Shown here piece after piece: positions 9,865 through 19,147 of a stretch of DNA of 64,000 nucleotides. Each line of letters begins with the position of its first letter. Within the stretch, counting starts at the first letter, position 1. The position numbers and the translations under genes were made by a program. The stretch comes from Candidatus Heimdallarchaeum endolithica. GTDB lineage: Archaea; Asgardarchaeota; Heimdallarchaeia; Heimdallarchaeales; Heimdallarchaeaceae. The notes beneath the pieces were generated by a model. It saw nothing but the letters and a program-made list of their open reading frames with translations, was not told the origin of the DNA and made no database searches. The DNA is taken from assembly GCA_021513715.1 (NCBI GenBank), contig CP084167.1, positions 1,408,001 to 1,472,000 on the forward strand, given 5' to 3'.

Positions 9865-10500
9865 ATGAGCGATTCAGAAACAGATGAAACTTCTATTGAA
9901 GATTTTTGGAAAAGAAGTTCTTCAACCAGAGATCTAATAATTGTTTTTACTATAACTTATTTAGTTCTTACAATTCTGTCTCTTACTTGTTGTGTGGATA
10001 CAGGATATACAGGTATTGTTAAAGTGATTTCAATTAGTCGGATCGTCTTAGAATGGGTAGGACAATATAATTTATTAATTTTTAAAGGATACGTTTATGA
10101 GCTATTTAGTGCAATGTTTGTTCATGCAAATCTACTGCATTTGTTATCTAATCTTTTGTTTTTCTTAATTTATGGGTTAAGAGCAGACGAAAAATTATAT
10201 GCTAAACATTTTTACATCATATTTGTTGTTTCAGCATTATTAGGCAATTTGTTTACCTTAGTAGTTTATCCTGTAAATACTATTTCCTGTGGAGCTTCAG
10301 GAGGTATTTTTGGATTACTTGGAACAGACTTGATTTTAGCTTATGAAGAGGATAAAAGTAAATCAATTTGGACCTATCTTGCTTTTGGAATAATATTTTT
10401 ACTTATGTCTGTAGGAGTAAATGTGAATAGTTTAGCACATAGTATTGGTTTAGTTTCTGGTATCTTACTAACTTTTTTTGTTATTAAAAAGAGAAAATGA
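9865..10500 (+). CDS. Rhomboid family intramembrane serine protease
   Basis: F.HA...HL..N, GASG (catalytic Ser) and AH..G (catalytic His); multiple TM helices. Confidence 0.92.
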   Translation: MSDSETDETSIEDFWKRSSSTRDLIIVFTITYLVLTILSLTCCVDTGYTGIVKVISISRIVLEWVGQYNLLIFKGYVYELFSAMFVHANLLHLLSNLLFFLIYGLRADEKLYAKHFYIIFVVSALLGNLFTLVVYPVNTISCGASGGIFGLLGTDLILAYEEDKSKSIWTYLAFGIIFLLMSVGVNVNSLAHSIGLVSGILLTFFVIKKRK

Positions 10501-10604
10501 AAGAAAGTGAATTAATCTAAATAAATGAATTAAAATAGATTTAAATAGCCTAGTACAATCAGAAGATTTATTTGTTTTAATTTGATTAGAAATATAGATT
10601 CAAT

Positions 10605-11765
10605 ATGATTCCTTACCATTTACAAGTTTTGTTAACAAATGTTCAAGACATTGAAAAAGTTACAATCAAACAACTTATCGAATCAGATGTAAAAATAATA
10701 AAAGGAATAGGTAACAAGTATGCTAAGGTTTTACACAGGAAAGGAATCAAAAAAGTAAAAGATTTAGCAGAATCTGAATCTCAAGAAATAAATTTACCAG
10801 AAAAATTAGTAACAAAATGGATAGTTGCAGCAAGAATTATTACAAATTCGCAAAAAGTTCGCAGAACAGGAAAAATCATTTTCTCTGGCTTGTCTCAAGC
10901 TGGAAAAACGAGCATTGTTTATGTTTTAAAGTCAATTGTTGAACCTCCTACTGTAACAACAGGTGTAAAACAAGACTTTATCAAATTTGCAGGACATAAT
11001 ATTCAAATTTCTGATATGGGGGGCCAAAAAAGATTTCAAGAGATTTATTTAGCTGCCCCAGATTTGTATTTTGAAAGAACAAAATTAGTTTTCTATGTAA
11101 TTGACATTCAAAATAAAGAAAAAACAGATGATTCGCTTGAATATCTCCAGAGATTACTGGCAATCTATCGTTATCTGCAAGAAAAGCCGTTTATTTCTAT
11201 TTTTTTACATAAATTTGATCCTGATTTATCCTATGACTTGAAATATGATATCCCACCTATTAAGGAGAAAATCGAAAATATTTTTTCTCACTATGTTGAA
11301 TTTCAACACAATTTTTTTTACACTTCAATATACAACCCCCCTAGCATATATGTAGGGATTGCTTCAACGCTATCAGAGATATTTCCAGTCATGAGTATTT
11401 TAGACGTTTTGCTTAAGGATTTTGCAGAACTACACGGTTTTGATGGATTGCTAATAATGGATAGTACAGGAATGCTAATTGGTCAATTCATTCGAGGAGA
11501 ACAAGACTCATTAGTTGAAGAAACCTATTCTGTTTTCAAAGAAGCAAAAAATGCAGAAAAAAACCCTTTTAACAATATTGTTTTACGAAAAAATATTGCT
11601 GACCCTCCAGGAGGAGAGATAGTTGTCCAACAAATTTTTTTACCTCATAATGATGGCTACATTTTTTATTGGAGAAAGGAAAATACAGAAATTGATTTAT
11701 TAGAGTATATGTTGAGCGAAATAACAAAAACTCTTAATCCATGGCTATATAATCTATTGTCGTGA
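10605..11765 (+). CDS. HhH domain - Rag/Arf-like small GTPase - roadblock/longin-like domain fusion
   Basis: IKGIGNKYAKVLHRKGIKKVKDLA (HhH); G1 GLSQAGKTS, G3 DMGGQ, G4 HKFD, G5 TSI; C-terminal DGLLIMDSTGMLIG. Confidence 0.85.
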   Translation: MIPYHLQVLLTNVQDIEKVTIKQLIESDVKIIKGIGNKYAKVLHRKGIKKVKDLAESESQEINLPEKLVTKWIVAARIITNSQKVRRTGKIIFSGLSQAGKTSIVYVLKSIVEPPTVTTGVKQDFIKFAGHNIQISDMGGQKRFQEIYLAAPDLYFERTKLVFYVIDIQNKEKTDDSLEYLQRLLAIYRYLQEKPFISIFLHKFDPDLSYDLKYDIPPIKEKIENIFSHYVEFQHNFFYTSIYNPPSIYVGIASTLSEIFPVMSILDVLLKDFAELHGFDGLLIMDSTGMLIGQFIRGEQDSLVEETYSVFKEAKNAEKNPFNNIVLRKNIADPPGGEIVVQQIFLPHNDGYIFYWRKENTEIDLLEYMLSEITKTLNPWLYNLLS

Positions 11766-11837
11766 AGTAATTTACAAGAAATAGTCTTTAATAAAGAAAT
11801 ACTTTTTAATCTATCTAATTCTTTCTGGTTAATTTAA

Positions 11838-12356
11838 ATGAAAGATAACGAATACGAACAAGAAAATAGTGGAACCAAAGTTGCAAGAATTTACTTAAAT
11901 GGAAAAGTAGAAGTATTAAGAAACATTCATTTCTCTTGCAGCTCCTGTGGATTATGTTGTAGACTTAATCGTATTCCTGTAAGAGAAGAAGATATTTTAC
12001 GTTTTCAAGAACATGGTTTTGAACTAGATCAGCTATTAAATGATTTGAGCCCTGTTCTAATTCCAAGTAAAAATGTTGATGGCAATTTTATAAAAGCATA
12101 TATTTTAAGGAAAAAACCATTTGTAAATGAATGTATTTTTTTGGATGACAACAATCACTGCAGAGTTCATGAATTTAAGCCATTAGCATGTAGACTATAT
12201 CCTTTTGCTTTAAGAAGAGAAAATGATGAAACAGTAATTATGCAAATTCATTCAAAATCTGTTTGTCCTTCAGTAAAACTAGATGTATCTGAAGAAGAAT
12301 CAAATACTTTAGAATTGGCAAAACAGATGTACAAGTTATTTGATTTGGAGGAATAA
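11838..12356 (+). CDS. YkgJ family cysteine-cluster (CxxCxxCC) protein
   Basis: CSSCGLCC...CIFL.....C.VH..KP..CRLYPF...CP. Confidence 0.9.
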   Translation: MKDNEYEQENSGTKVARIYLNGKVEVLRNIHFSCSSCGLCCRLNRIPVREEDILRFQEHGFELDQLLNDLSPVLIPSKNVDGNFIKAYILRKKPFVNECIFLDDNNHCRVHEFKPLACRLYPFALRRENDETVIMQIHSKSVCPSVKLDVSEEESNTLELAKQMYKLFDLEE

Positions 12357-12426
12357 AAGTATTCAGTACATCTTTCTATTATTTGTCATAGAAAAATCTA
12401 AAAGCAATAAATGCTCAATTATAGTT

Positions 12427-15417
12427 ATGCAAAGAACTGGGTTTGTTTTTTTTATTTTCTTAATGCTATCTAGTCCTTTTATTTATCCTACACTAGCAAA
12501 ACAAGAAAATAAAATAGACTTTAAGTCTAATAACAATATTAATCAAGTGATTTCTTCAACTCAAAATAACAAAAAAATCGTTTATGCTAATGATCTAAGT
12601 CGAAGTTGGGACACTCCACTTTCTGATAAAGAGTTAAAAAAACAATTTTTAGAAGCAGAAGGCAGAGCGATCATTTCTTTTTTCAGTTTTGCAGAACAGA
12701 AAAAAGCTATTGATTTACTTGAAGGTCAAGGTATAAATGTAATTCTTAAGTATAATTCTTTTCCAGGACTAAAAATTGAATATAACTGGAAAAAGATTAC
12801 AGATATTAGTTTAGATAATTTAAGAGTAAAATATGTTTCTCAAATTGGAAAAGAAACCTTTTACTCTCTTACATTAGATCAAAATATAAATACAACTTTA
12901 ACTGGTTTAATCGATCTTTCTGAATTAAGACAAACATTAGAGATAGATTTTCTCCACAATCAAAAAGACGACGAAGGAAATTATCTCTTTGGAAAAAATA
13001 TTACGATAGCAGTAATGGATAGCGGAATAGAGTCCTCTCTGAAAGGTCTAACCAAAAAATGCAAATACTTAGGAAATGGAACTATTCAACCAACTAATGA
13101 AGATAAGATTGTTTACGATTTTAATGCTGTCCCTGGTGAAGATAAGAATGATCTAAGCGGTCATGGTACCCATATAACTACTATTCTTGCAGGAAATGGA
13201 TTTTTCACAGTTGATGGAAAAGTGCAATATGAAGAAGAATATGGGATAGTTCCTGAAGCTTCATTAATGAATATTAAAGTATTAAATGCAAGCGGTTATG
13301 GTAAAGATGAGTGGTTGGTTGATGGTTTTGATAAAGCTATTGCAAATGAGTTAAACATTGTTCCTGATATAATTACTGCAAGTTTAACATCTATTACTTT
13401 TTTAAGTGAACATGACCCGCTTAATGAAATTGTTCAAGAAGCATCCAAAAAAGGAATCATGATTGTAACTTCTGCAGGCAATTATGGTCCAACAAGTTCA
13501 TCTATTGGCTCTCCTGCAGTGTGGGAAAATGTTTTGTCAATAGGGAGTACTTCAACTATGAAAGATATCTCACTATTTAGTTCAAGTGGACCTACCCCAT
13601 ATTCAACAGCTGGAGTAGACCTAGTGGCACCAGGAAGACTAGTTTTAGGATTAAATAGTAGCACAGGAGAAAAAAGATATACATCTGGAACATCAATTTC
13701 TACACCAATAGTTTCTGGGATACTAGCTCTCTTAAAGCAAGCTTTTCCGGAATATAATTCTTCACAGTTAGAATCTTCAATATTAAATACAGCAGATGAT
13801 CTAAATAAACCAATAGTTTTTCAAGGAAATGGTCTAGTAGATGCTAAAGAAGCTTATTTCTGGTTAGAAAAAAACACAGGAATTACTTTTTCTATCTTAC
13901 CCAAACGTATCTCTCCTGAAAATTTATTCTTTTATTCGTGTGTTGAGGGAACGCAATCATCTTTCAAAGTGAAAGCAATAGCAAGTGATGAACAACATCT
14001 ATGGACTAATATAACTGGTGACGATGAAATAATTGAAATTGGAGATGAAATTATTCTTTCAGGAGGGTGGAACATTTTTTCTTTTAACATTACCATACCT
14101 TATGACAAACCTATCAGAAATTATCAAGCAATAATAAGTTTTACAAATTCTGAAAACTATACTGAAAGAATAACAATTAATCTGCAATCAAGATATTATA
14201 GAGGATCAATACTCTTTGATATTAGCCATGATAGTGATATAACAAACAATTCATGGTTCGGTGGATCGTCTCCTTATGGAGCTCATCTATATATGACAAG
14301 AATGTTAAAAGATAGAGGATTTAAGATAAACAGTTTCTCTAAAGGAAACTTTTCTGATGAATTGAGTAAGAATGATATTTTGGTTATTTCAGACCCAGAA
14401 AAAGGCTTTACTCAAGATGAAAGAGAACAGATTTATACTTTCATTAAAAACGGAGGCTCGTTTTTACTTTTAGTAGATAGTTACAGAATACAAGTAGAAT
14501 CTGCTAAAGATGACCCAATTTATCCAAGCAATTATACAGCTATAGATAATTTAGTAGGATTCTTTGGAGTTAATATAGATCCTGATTTACATTCAATGCA
14601 AATTCCTTTTGCAACAGTTTTTTCTAGTGTACATTCAGACATTACAGACGTAGAAGAAGCATTCTTTTTAGGTTCATGTTTACAGTTTGACAATGATACT
14701 AATCCAGAAGTTAACCTTTCTCCTTTATCTGCGATTAATATTGGTACAGAAAAATCTCCTTTCTGGAAATTTACTGGAGTAGTAGGAGAATATGGTAAAG
14801 GAAAAATAATTGTTTTCGGTTCAGGATATACCTTCTCAAACTTTGGATTAATGGATGATGAATTCGATGCAGACTATAGAAATAGAGGATCAATTGGATT
14901 AGGAAGTATTAGTTATAATCATTTGTTCAGTAAAGAGATGGATAAAAACAATAGAGAGCTCATAAATGATACTTTTAGCTGGTTATCTACTTTTAACAGA
15001 CCAAAAATAGATTTTAGTGTAGACAGAGAAAAAATTCTAATAAGAGAAGAGTTTACAGTTACAGTCTCAGTAACAATGACAAATGATTTTCAAAATGGAA
15101 ACCCCTATGCAGTTCAGTATCTTAATGGTACAATACTTTTCAGCGACCATACAATTAGATATGTCGTTCTTTCAGCCATAAGAGCTGGAGTTTATGAAGT
15201 TACCACCTCTGTCTCACATTACGGTGAATTTATATTATTTATTCCTTTGAAGTTAGATGGTCACAATCCCACAGATGGAAGAATTGATCTGTTCTGCAAT
15301 GTAGAACTATGGGATCAACAACAAGAAATTGCCAACATAGCAAATCTTGTTCTGGCTTTAGTTCTTATAGTTTTACTTGGATTACCTTTTGTTAATTATC
15401 GCTTCAAACACAAATAA
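12427..15417 (+). CDS. Membrane-anchored S8 subtilase with GIFT/DUF4350-like domain (Site-1 protease-like architecture)
   Basis: Signal peptide; triad motifs VMDSG, GHGT and SGTSISTP; oxyanion SAGN; downstream ILFDISH...ILVISDPEKGFT.DE...FIKNGGS; C-terminal TM helix. Start placed at ATG 12427. Confidence 0.88.
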   Translation: MQRTGFVFFIFLMLSSPFIYPTLAKQENKIDFKSNNNINQVISSTQNNKKIVYANDLSRSWDTPLSDKELKKQFLEAEGRAIISFFSFAEQKKAIDLLEGQGINVILKYNSFPGLKIEYNWKKITDISLDNLRVKYVSQIGKETFYSLTLDQNINTTLTGLIDLSELRQTLEIDFLHNQKDDEGNYLFGKNITIAVMDSGIESSLKGLTKKCKYLGNGTIQPTNEDKIVYDFNAVPGEDKNDLSGHGTHITTILAGNGFFTVDGKVQYEEEYGIVPEASLMNIKVLNASGYGKDEWLVDGFDKAIANELNIVPDIITASLTSITFLSEHDPLNEIVQEASKKGIMIVTSAGNYGPTSSSIGSPAVWENVLSIGSTSTMKDISLFSSSGPTPYSTAGVDLVAPGRLVLGLNSSTGEKRYTSGTSISTPIVSGILALLKQAFPEYNSSQLESSILNTADDLNKPIVFQGNGLVDAKEAYFWLEKNTGITFSILPKRISPENLFFYSCVEGTQSSFKVKAIASDEQHLWTNITGDDEIIEIGDEIILSGGWNIFSFNITIPYDKPIRNYQAIISFTNSENYTERITINLQSRYYRGSILFDISHDSDITNNSWFGGSSPYGAHLYMTRMLKDRGFKINSFSKGNFSDELSKNDILVISDPEKGFTQDEREQIYTFIKNGGSFLLLVDSYRIQVESAKDDPIYPSNYTAIDNLVGFFGVNIDPDLHSMQIPFATVFSSVHSDITDVEEAFFLGSCLQFDNDTNPEVNLSPLSAINIGTEKSPFWKFTGVVGEYGKGKIIVFGSGYTFSNFGLMDDEFDADYRNRGSIGLGSISYNHLFSKEMDKNNRELINDTFSWLSTFNRPKIDFSVDREKILIREEFTVTVSVTMTNDFQNGNPYAVQYLNGTILFSDHTIRYVVLSAIRAGVYEVTTSVSHYGEFILFIPLKLDGHNPTDGRIDLFCNVELWDQQQEIANIANLVLALVLIVLLGLPFVNYRFKHK

Positions 15418-15570
15418 TTTTTTTTATTTTTCATTTTTTGTTTCATTCTCATCACCAGATACCATATACTAAAAAAACGTGAAATAAAACTAAAACCAAT
15501 AGAGTTGCTTCTTAAACAGTGAGAAAATTAAGTTTCTGTGTTTTTTGAGGCGCGTACTCACAACAGAAAG

Positions 15571-15602
15571 TTTATATAGGTGTGTGAGAATTTGTCACAC
15601 AC
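15571..15602 (+). promoter_or_regulatory. TATA box plus palindromic operator upstream of a wHTH regulator
   Basis: TTTATATA (15571-15578) follows a purine-rich BRE-like segment, then GTGTGTGA-N7-TCACACAC (15580-15602), an AAGGTGG RBS and ATG at 15616. Confidence 0.7.
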
Positions 15603-15615
15603 AAAGGTGGTTAAG

Positions 15616-15879
15616 ATGAAGCGAGAAAGATTACCAAAAGGGTCTCGTGAAGTAATTCAATTACTTGAGAAAGAGGGAGCACTAACTCAAAAAGCAATTA
15701 TTAATAAATTGAAAGATATGAAACCACGTTCTGTAAGATATACAGTTAGGCAATTAATTGATAGATCAATTCTATCAGAAATAGCTAACTTTTCAGATAT
15801 GAGATCAAGCCTTATTGGTTTGAACAAACAAAATGAAGAAATTATTAAACAGTTATCAAAAGTTTCAATTACAACTTAA
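15616..15879 (+). CDS. Winged-helix (MarR/ArsR-like) transcription regulator
   Basis: LP...REVIQLLEKEGALTQK.I....PRSVRY.VR.L...DMRS pattern. Confidence 0.8.
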   Translation: MKRERLPKGSREVIQLLEKEGALTQKAIINKLKDMKPRSVRYTVRQLIDRSILSEIANFSDMRSSLIGLNKQNEEIIKQLSKVSITT

Positions 15880-16040
15880 GAAATGGTAAACCAGAATCAT
15901 TCTGTTAATACCATTGCTATTTTTTATAAATTCAGTTAATTTTTCTATTCAGACTAAAGAAAAATAAAGTATATTTTTTAGTTTCTTTTCGCTTAAAGAA
16001 ATACTTTTTTATGTATTATAATTAATTATCTTTGAAAGCT

Positions 16041-17327
16041 ATGACATTAAAGATATTCCTTACAATTGGAGGTTTTTTTGTCTTAGATGACAATAATGAA
16101 ATTATATCTACTAAGACTTTTGAACCTGATCCTGCATATGTTAGTACAAAGATCTTTAATTTAGAAAGGTATAATGAATCTGAAGAATTAGATGAGATTC
16201 TAGAAGAATATGCTGACACAGAAATTAAAACTAATTCTAGTTTAATTCGTGATTTTATTCGTTCAAGAGGAAGGAAAGTTTCTTTAGATAATTCATCAGA
16301 AGACTTCTATTCATTTCAAAGTTCATTATTTAGCTATTTAGCAAAACATACTGGTATTAAAACAGATGAGATTTATCATCAGCTTGTCCGTGAAACTAAT
16401 ATATTAATATCAAAAAAGCGTGTTGCTGTCGCCAGCCAACGAACTGACAAAATGGTTGTCCATGCTATATTAAGTTTGGATGATATTGTTACTACAATAA
16501 ATCTTTTCATGAGTCGGATTCGAGAATGGTATGGAATCCATTTTCCTGAAATTTTAAAAGAAGTTGAAAACCATGAAACATTTTGTAAAATCATTACAGA
16601 GATTGGAGCAAGGCAGTTTTACTCTAAAAAAGCATTAGAGCAGTATGGTTTTTCAAATAAAAAAATTGAAAGGATTAACAATTTAGCAAAAAGTTCTATG
16701 GGTGCAGAATATGATAATAAAGACCTTCTTCCTCTTCAACGTTTAACTCAGCAGACTCTGCAATTATTTGAAGAAAAACGTGCTCTTGAGAATTGGATAG
16801 ATGAGCAAATCAATAAGATTGCACCCAATCTTAAAGCAATTGTTGGATCAGCTATTGCAGCTAGACTTATTGCACTAGCTGGAGGTCTTCAAGAAATGGC
16901 ACTTCTTCCCTCTTCAACAATCCAGCTTCTTGGTGCAGAAAAAGCTCTTTTCAGGTCCTTAAAAACAGGTGCAAAACCACCTAAACATGGTGTAATCTAT
17001 CAAACTCCAGAGCTTCATAGTTGTAAGTGGTGGCAAAGAGGAAACATAGCTAGAGCAATTGCTGGTAAGTTAACGATAGCAGCAAGAATTGATGCTTTTC
17101 AAGGAGAATATAGGGGAGACGAACTAAAGATGGATCTTGAGCGGAAAATTGAAGAGATAAAGGAGAAATACAGCGAACCTCCTAAAGGAAAGCAAGACCC
17201 TGCACTAACAAGACAACAAAAACCCAGAGGAAAATCAAAACCCCGTTCTAGACAAAAAAGTTACGATAGGTCCAAAAGTAGAAAGTACAAAGGAAAAAAC
17301 TATTCAAAAAAAGGAAAAAATAGGTGA
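16041..17327 (+). CDS. nop5: C/D box RNP protein Nop5 (Nop56/58)
   Basis: RIREWYG.HFPE, APNL..IVG...AARLI..AGGL, P.STIQLLGAEKALF, PKHG and a basic tail. Confidence 0.97.
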   Translation: MTLKIFLTIGGFFVLDDNNEIISTKTFEPDPAYVSTKIFNLERYNESEELDEILEEYADTEIKTNSSLIRDFIRSRGRKVSLDNSSEDFYSFQSSLFSYLAKHTGIKTDEIYHQLVRETNILISKKRVAVASQRTDKMVVHAILSLDDIVTTINLFMSRIREWYGIHFPEILKEVENHETFCKIITEIGARQFYSKKALEQYGFSNKKIERINNLAKSSMGAEYDNKDLLPLQRLTQQTLQLFEEKRALENWIDEQINKIAPNLKAIVGSAIAARLIALAGGLQEMALLPSSTIQLLGAEKALFRSLKTGAKPPKHGVIYQTPELHSCKWWQRGNIARAIAGKLTIAARIDAFQGEYRGDELKMDLERKIEEIKEKYSEPPKGKQDPALTRQQKPRGKSKPRSRQKSYDRSKSRKYKGKNYSKKGKNR

Positions 17328-17333
17328 TAAAAC

Positions 17334-18020
17334 ATGGTAGAGCTAAAAAAACACAATTTTGAAAATCTTTTCTGGCTTCATTTTCCTGATGGAAAGGTTC
17401 GGTTAGCTACTAAAAACAGTGATCCAGGTAAGAAAGTTTATACTGAAAGACTTGTAAATGTAGATGGAAACGAATATAGAACATTTGACCCTTATAAAAG
17501 TAAATTAGCAGCAGCAATTAGATCAGATTTGCAAACTTTTCCTTTCAAAGAAGGAGTGAAAGTTCTTTACTTAGGTGCTGCATCAGGAACTACTGTTTCT
17601 CACGTTTCAGATATTATTGGAGATAATGGAGAAATCTATGCAGTAGAATTTTCCCCCAGATCATTAAGAGATTTAGTAACAGTAGCTGAAAGAAGAAAAA
17701 ATATTATCCCTATTTTAGCTGATGCTCGATATCCTGAGAATTACTCTTTCACTGTTCCTCAAGTTGACATTGTTTTTGAGGATGTTGCACAACCTTTTCA
17801 AACTGAGATTTTATGGTTAAATGCTCAAACCTTTCTTAAAAAAGGAGGGGTTTTCTTTATCGCTGTTAAGGCAAGAAGTATAGATGTTACAACCAACCCA
17901 AAAATAATTTTTGAAAGAGTTAAAAAAGAGATTCTTGAATATGGATTAGAGATACTAGAAGAAATTAATTTAGAACAATATGAAAAGGATCACATGATGT
18001 TTGTAGGTAAAAAACCCTAA
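17334..18020 (+). CDS. flpA: Fibrillarin-like rRNA 2'-O-methyltransferase
   Basis: SKLAAA, VLYLGAASGTTVSHVSD, VEFS, N+.PILADAR.P and DVAQP.Q. Confidence 0.98.
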   Translation: MVELKKHNFENLFWLHFPDGKVRLATKNSDPGKKVYTERLVNVDGNEYRTFDPYKSKLAAAIRSDLQTFPFKEGVKVLYLGAASGTTVSHVSDIIGDNGEIYAVEFSPRSLRDLVTVAERRKNIIPILADARYPENYSFTVPQVDIVFEDVAQPFQTEILWLNAQTFLKKGGVFFIAVKARSIDVTTNPKIIFERVKKEILEYGLEILEEINLEQYEKDHMMFVGKKP

Positions 18021-19078
18021 CCATCAATATTTTCTTTCAACAGCGCATATTTTTTGATATATTCTTTAACTAAATCAAATGCTTTTTTCATTTCTTGTAG
18101 TTCATCTATCGTAAAGGTTGGAACTAATTCTGAAGCAGGATGATCTTCTTCATCAATTATTAAAATAGGTCTTCTTTTTGCTATAGATGCGATTTTTTGT
18201 GTCATTTCTACTCGAGTTATTACATTTTTTCCTTTATTTTCATCCACACACAATAAAACATTTAATCCACTTTTTACGTCATGATTTCCGTGTTCTCCAT
18301 AAGCATCAAAGGGCATTTTTTTAACCCAGAACTGTGAGATTAGACCAAGATCTTCTAACAGAGTTGCAATTTCTTCTTTTCTAGGAGACAACTTTTCTAT
18401 TGAACTAATAGTATCTTCTTCTATTCTGAATTTAATATTAAAAACAGGTATTCCTTGAGTTAAAGAGATATCCAAAATATCTTCTAATAAAATAGCTGTT
18501 TCTGGAGGCGGATTTATTGAATGTTCATATTCGTACATTGTACGTCTTGAAATGCCCACTAAACGAGCTAGTTCGCTATAACTTAAGTTTTTATCTAATC
18601 TTGCTTTTCTTAAACTGTTTCTATTTATTCTAACATAATATCCTCCCCTGCTACAATATACAACAGGAGGTAATCCATCAATCATCAAATTTAGGAAGGT
18701 TTCAAGACTAATTACTGGAATCTCATGTCTAAATAAAACTAATCCATCCTGAATTTCATCAAATCTTTTTCCTCTCACACCTATAATAACAGGAGAAGCT
18801 TGAAGAAAAGCAGATAAATTCTTTAATTCTTGAGCTTGTACCTTTAAGAAATTGTCAATATAAGGTTCAATTTTAATAATAGTTAATTTATTTTCTTTTT
18901 TTGCTATAATATCAAAACATGTATTTGGCGTTTCTGTGAGGTCGACAAATGAATAACTTAGTTTAGTGAAAACTTTAAGGAGAATATTTCTTAGAATCTC
19001 CTTTGCTTGACGAGAAGAGGAATCCATTAACTCTCTTAAGTTTTCATTGAATTGTTTTATGTCGTCCTCAGAAAACAT
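18017..19078 (-). CDS. Archaeal Cro/C1-type HTH transcriptional regulator (COG1395-like)
   Basis: CFDIIA, GG.YVRI...LR..R....LS..ELA..VG.SRRT+Y.YE and PFD; AGAGGAG RBS before ATG 19078. Confidence 0.85.
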   Translation of the reverse strand: MFSEDDIKQFNENLRELMDSSSRQAKEILRNILLKVFTKLSYSFVDLTETPNTCFDIIAKKENKLTIIKIEPYIDNFLKVQAQELKNLSAFLQASPVIIGVRGKRFDEIQDGLVLFRHEIPVISLETFLNLMIDGLPPVVYCSRGGYYVRINRNSLRKARLDKNLSYSELARLVGISRRTMYEYEHSINPPPETAILLEDILDISLTQGIPVFNIKFRIEEDTISSIEKLSPRKEEIATLLEDLGLISQFWVKKMPFDAYGEHGNHDVKSGLNVLLCVDENKGKNVITRVEMTQKIASIAKRRPILIIDEEDHPASELVPTFTIDELQEMKKAFDLVKEYIKKYALLKENIDG

Positions 19079-19147
19079 AGCGTCTCCTCTTTTATTTTCA
19101 AAAAACTTCACGTGTTTATAAATATAAATTTGTCTTTCGTGCAAAAG

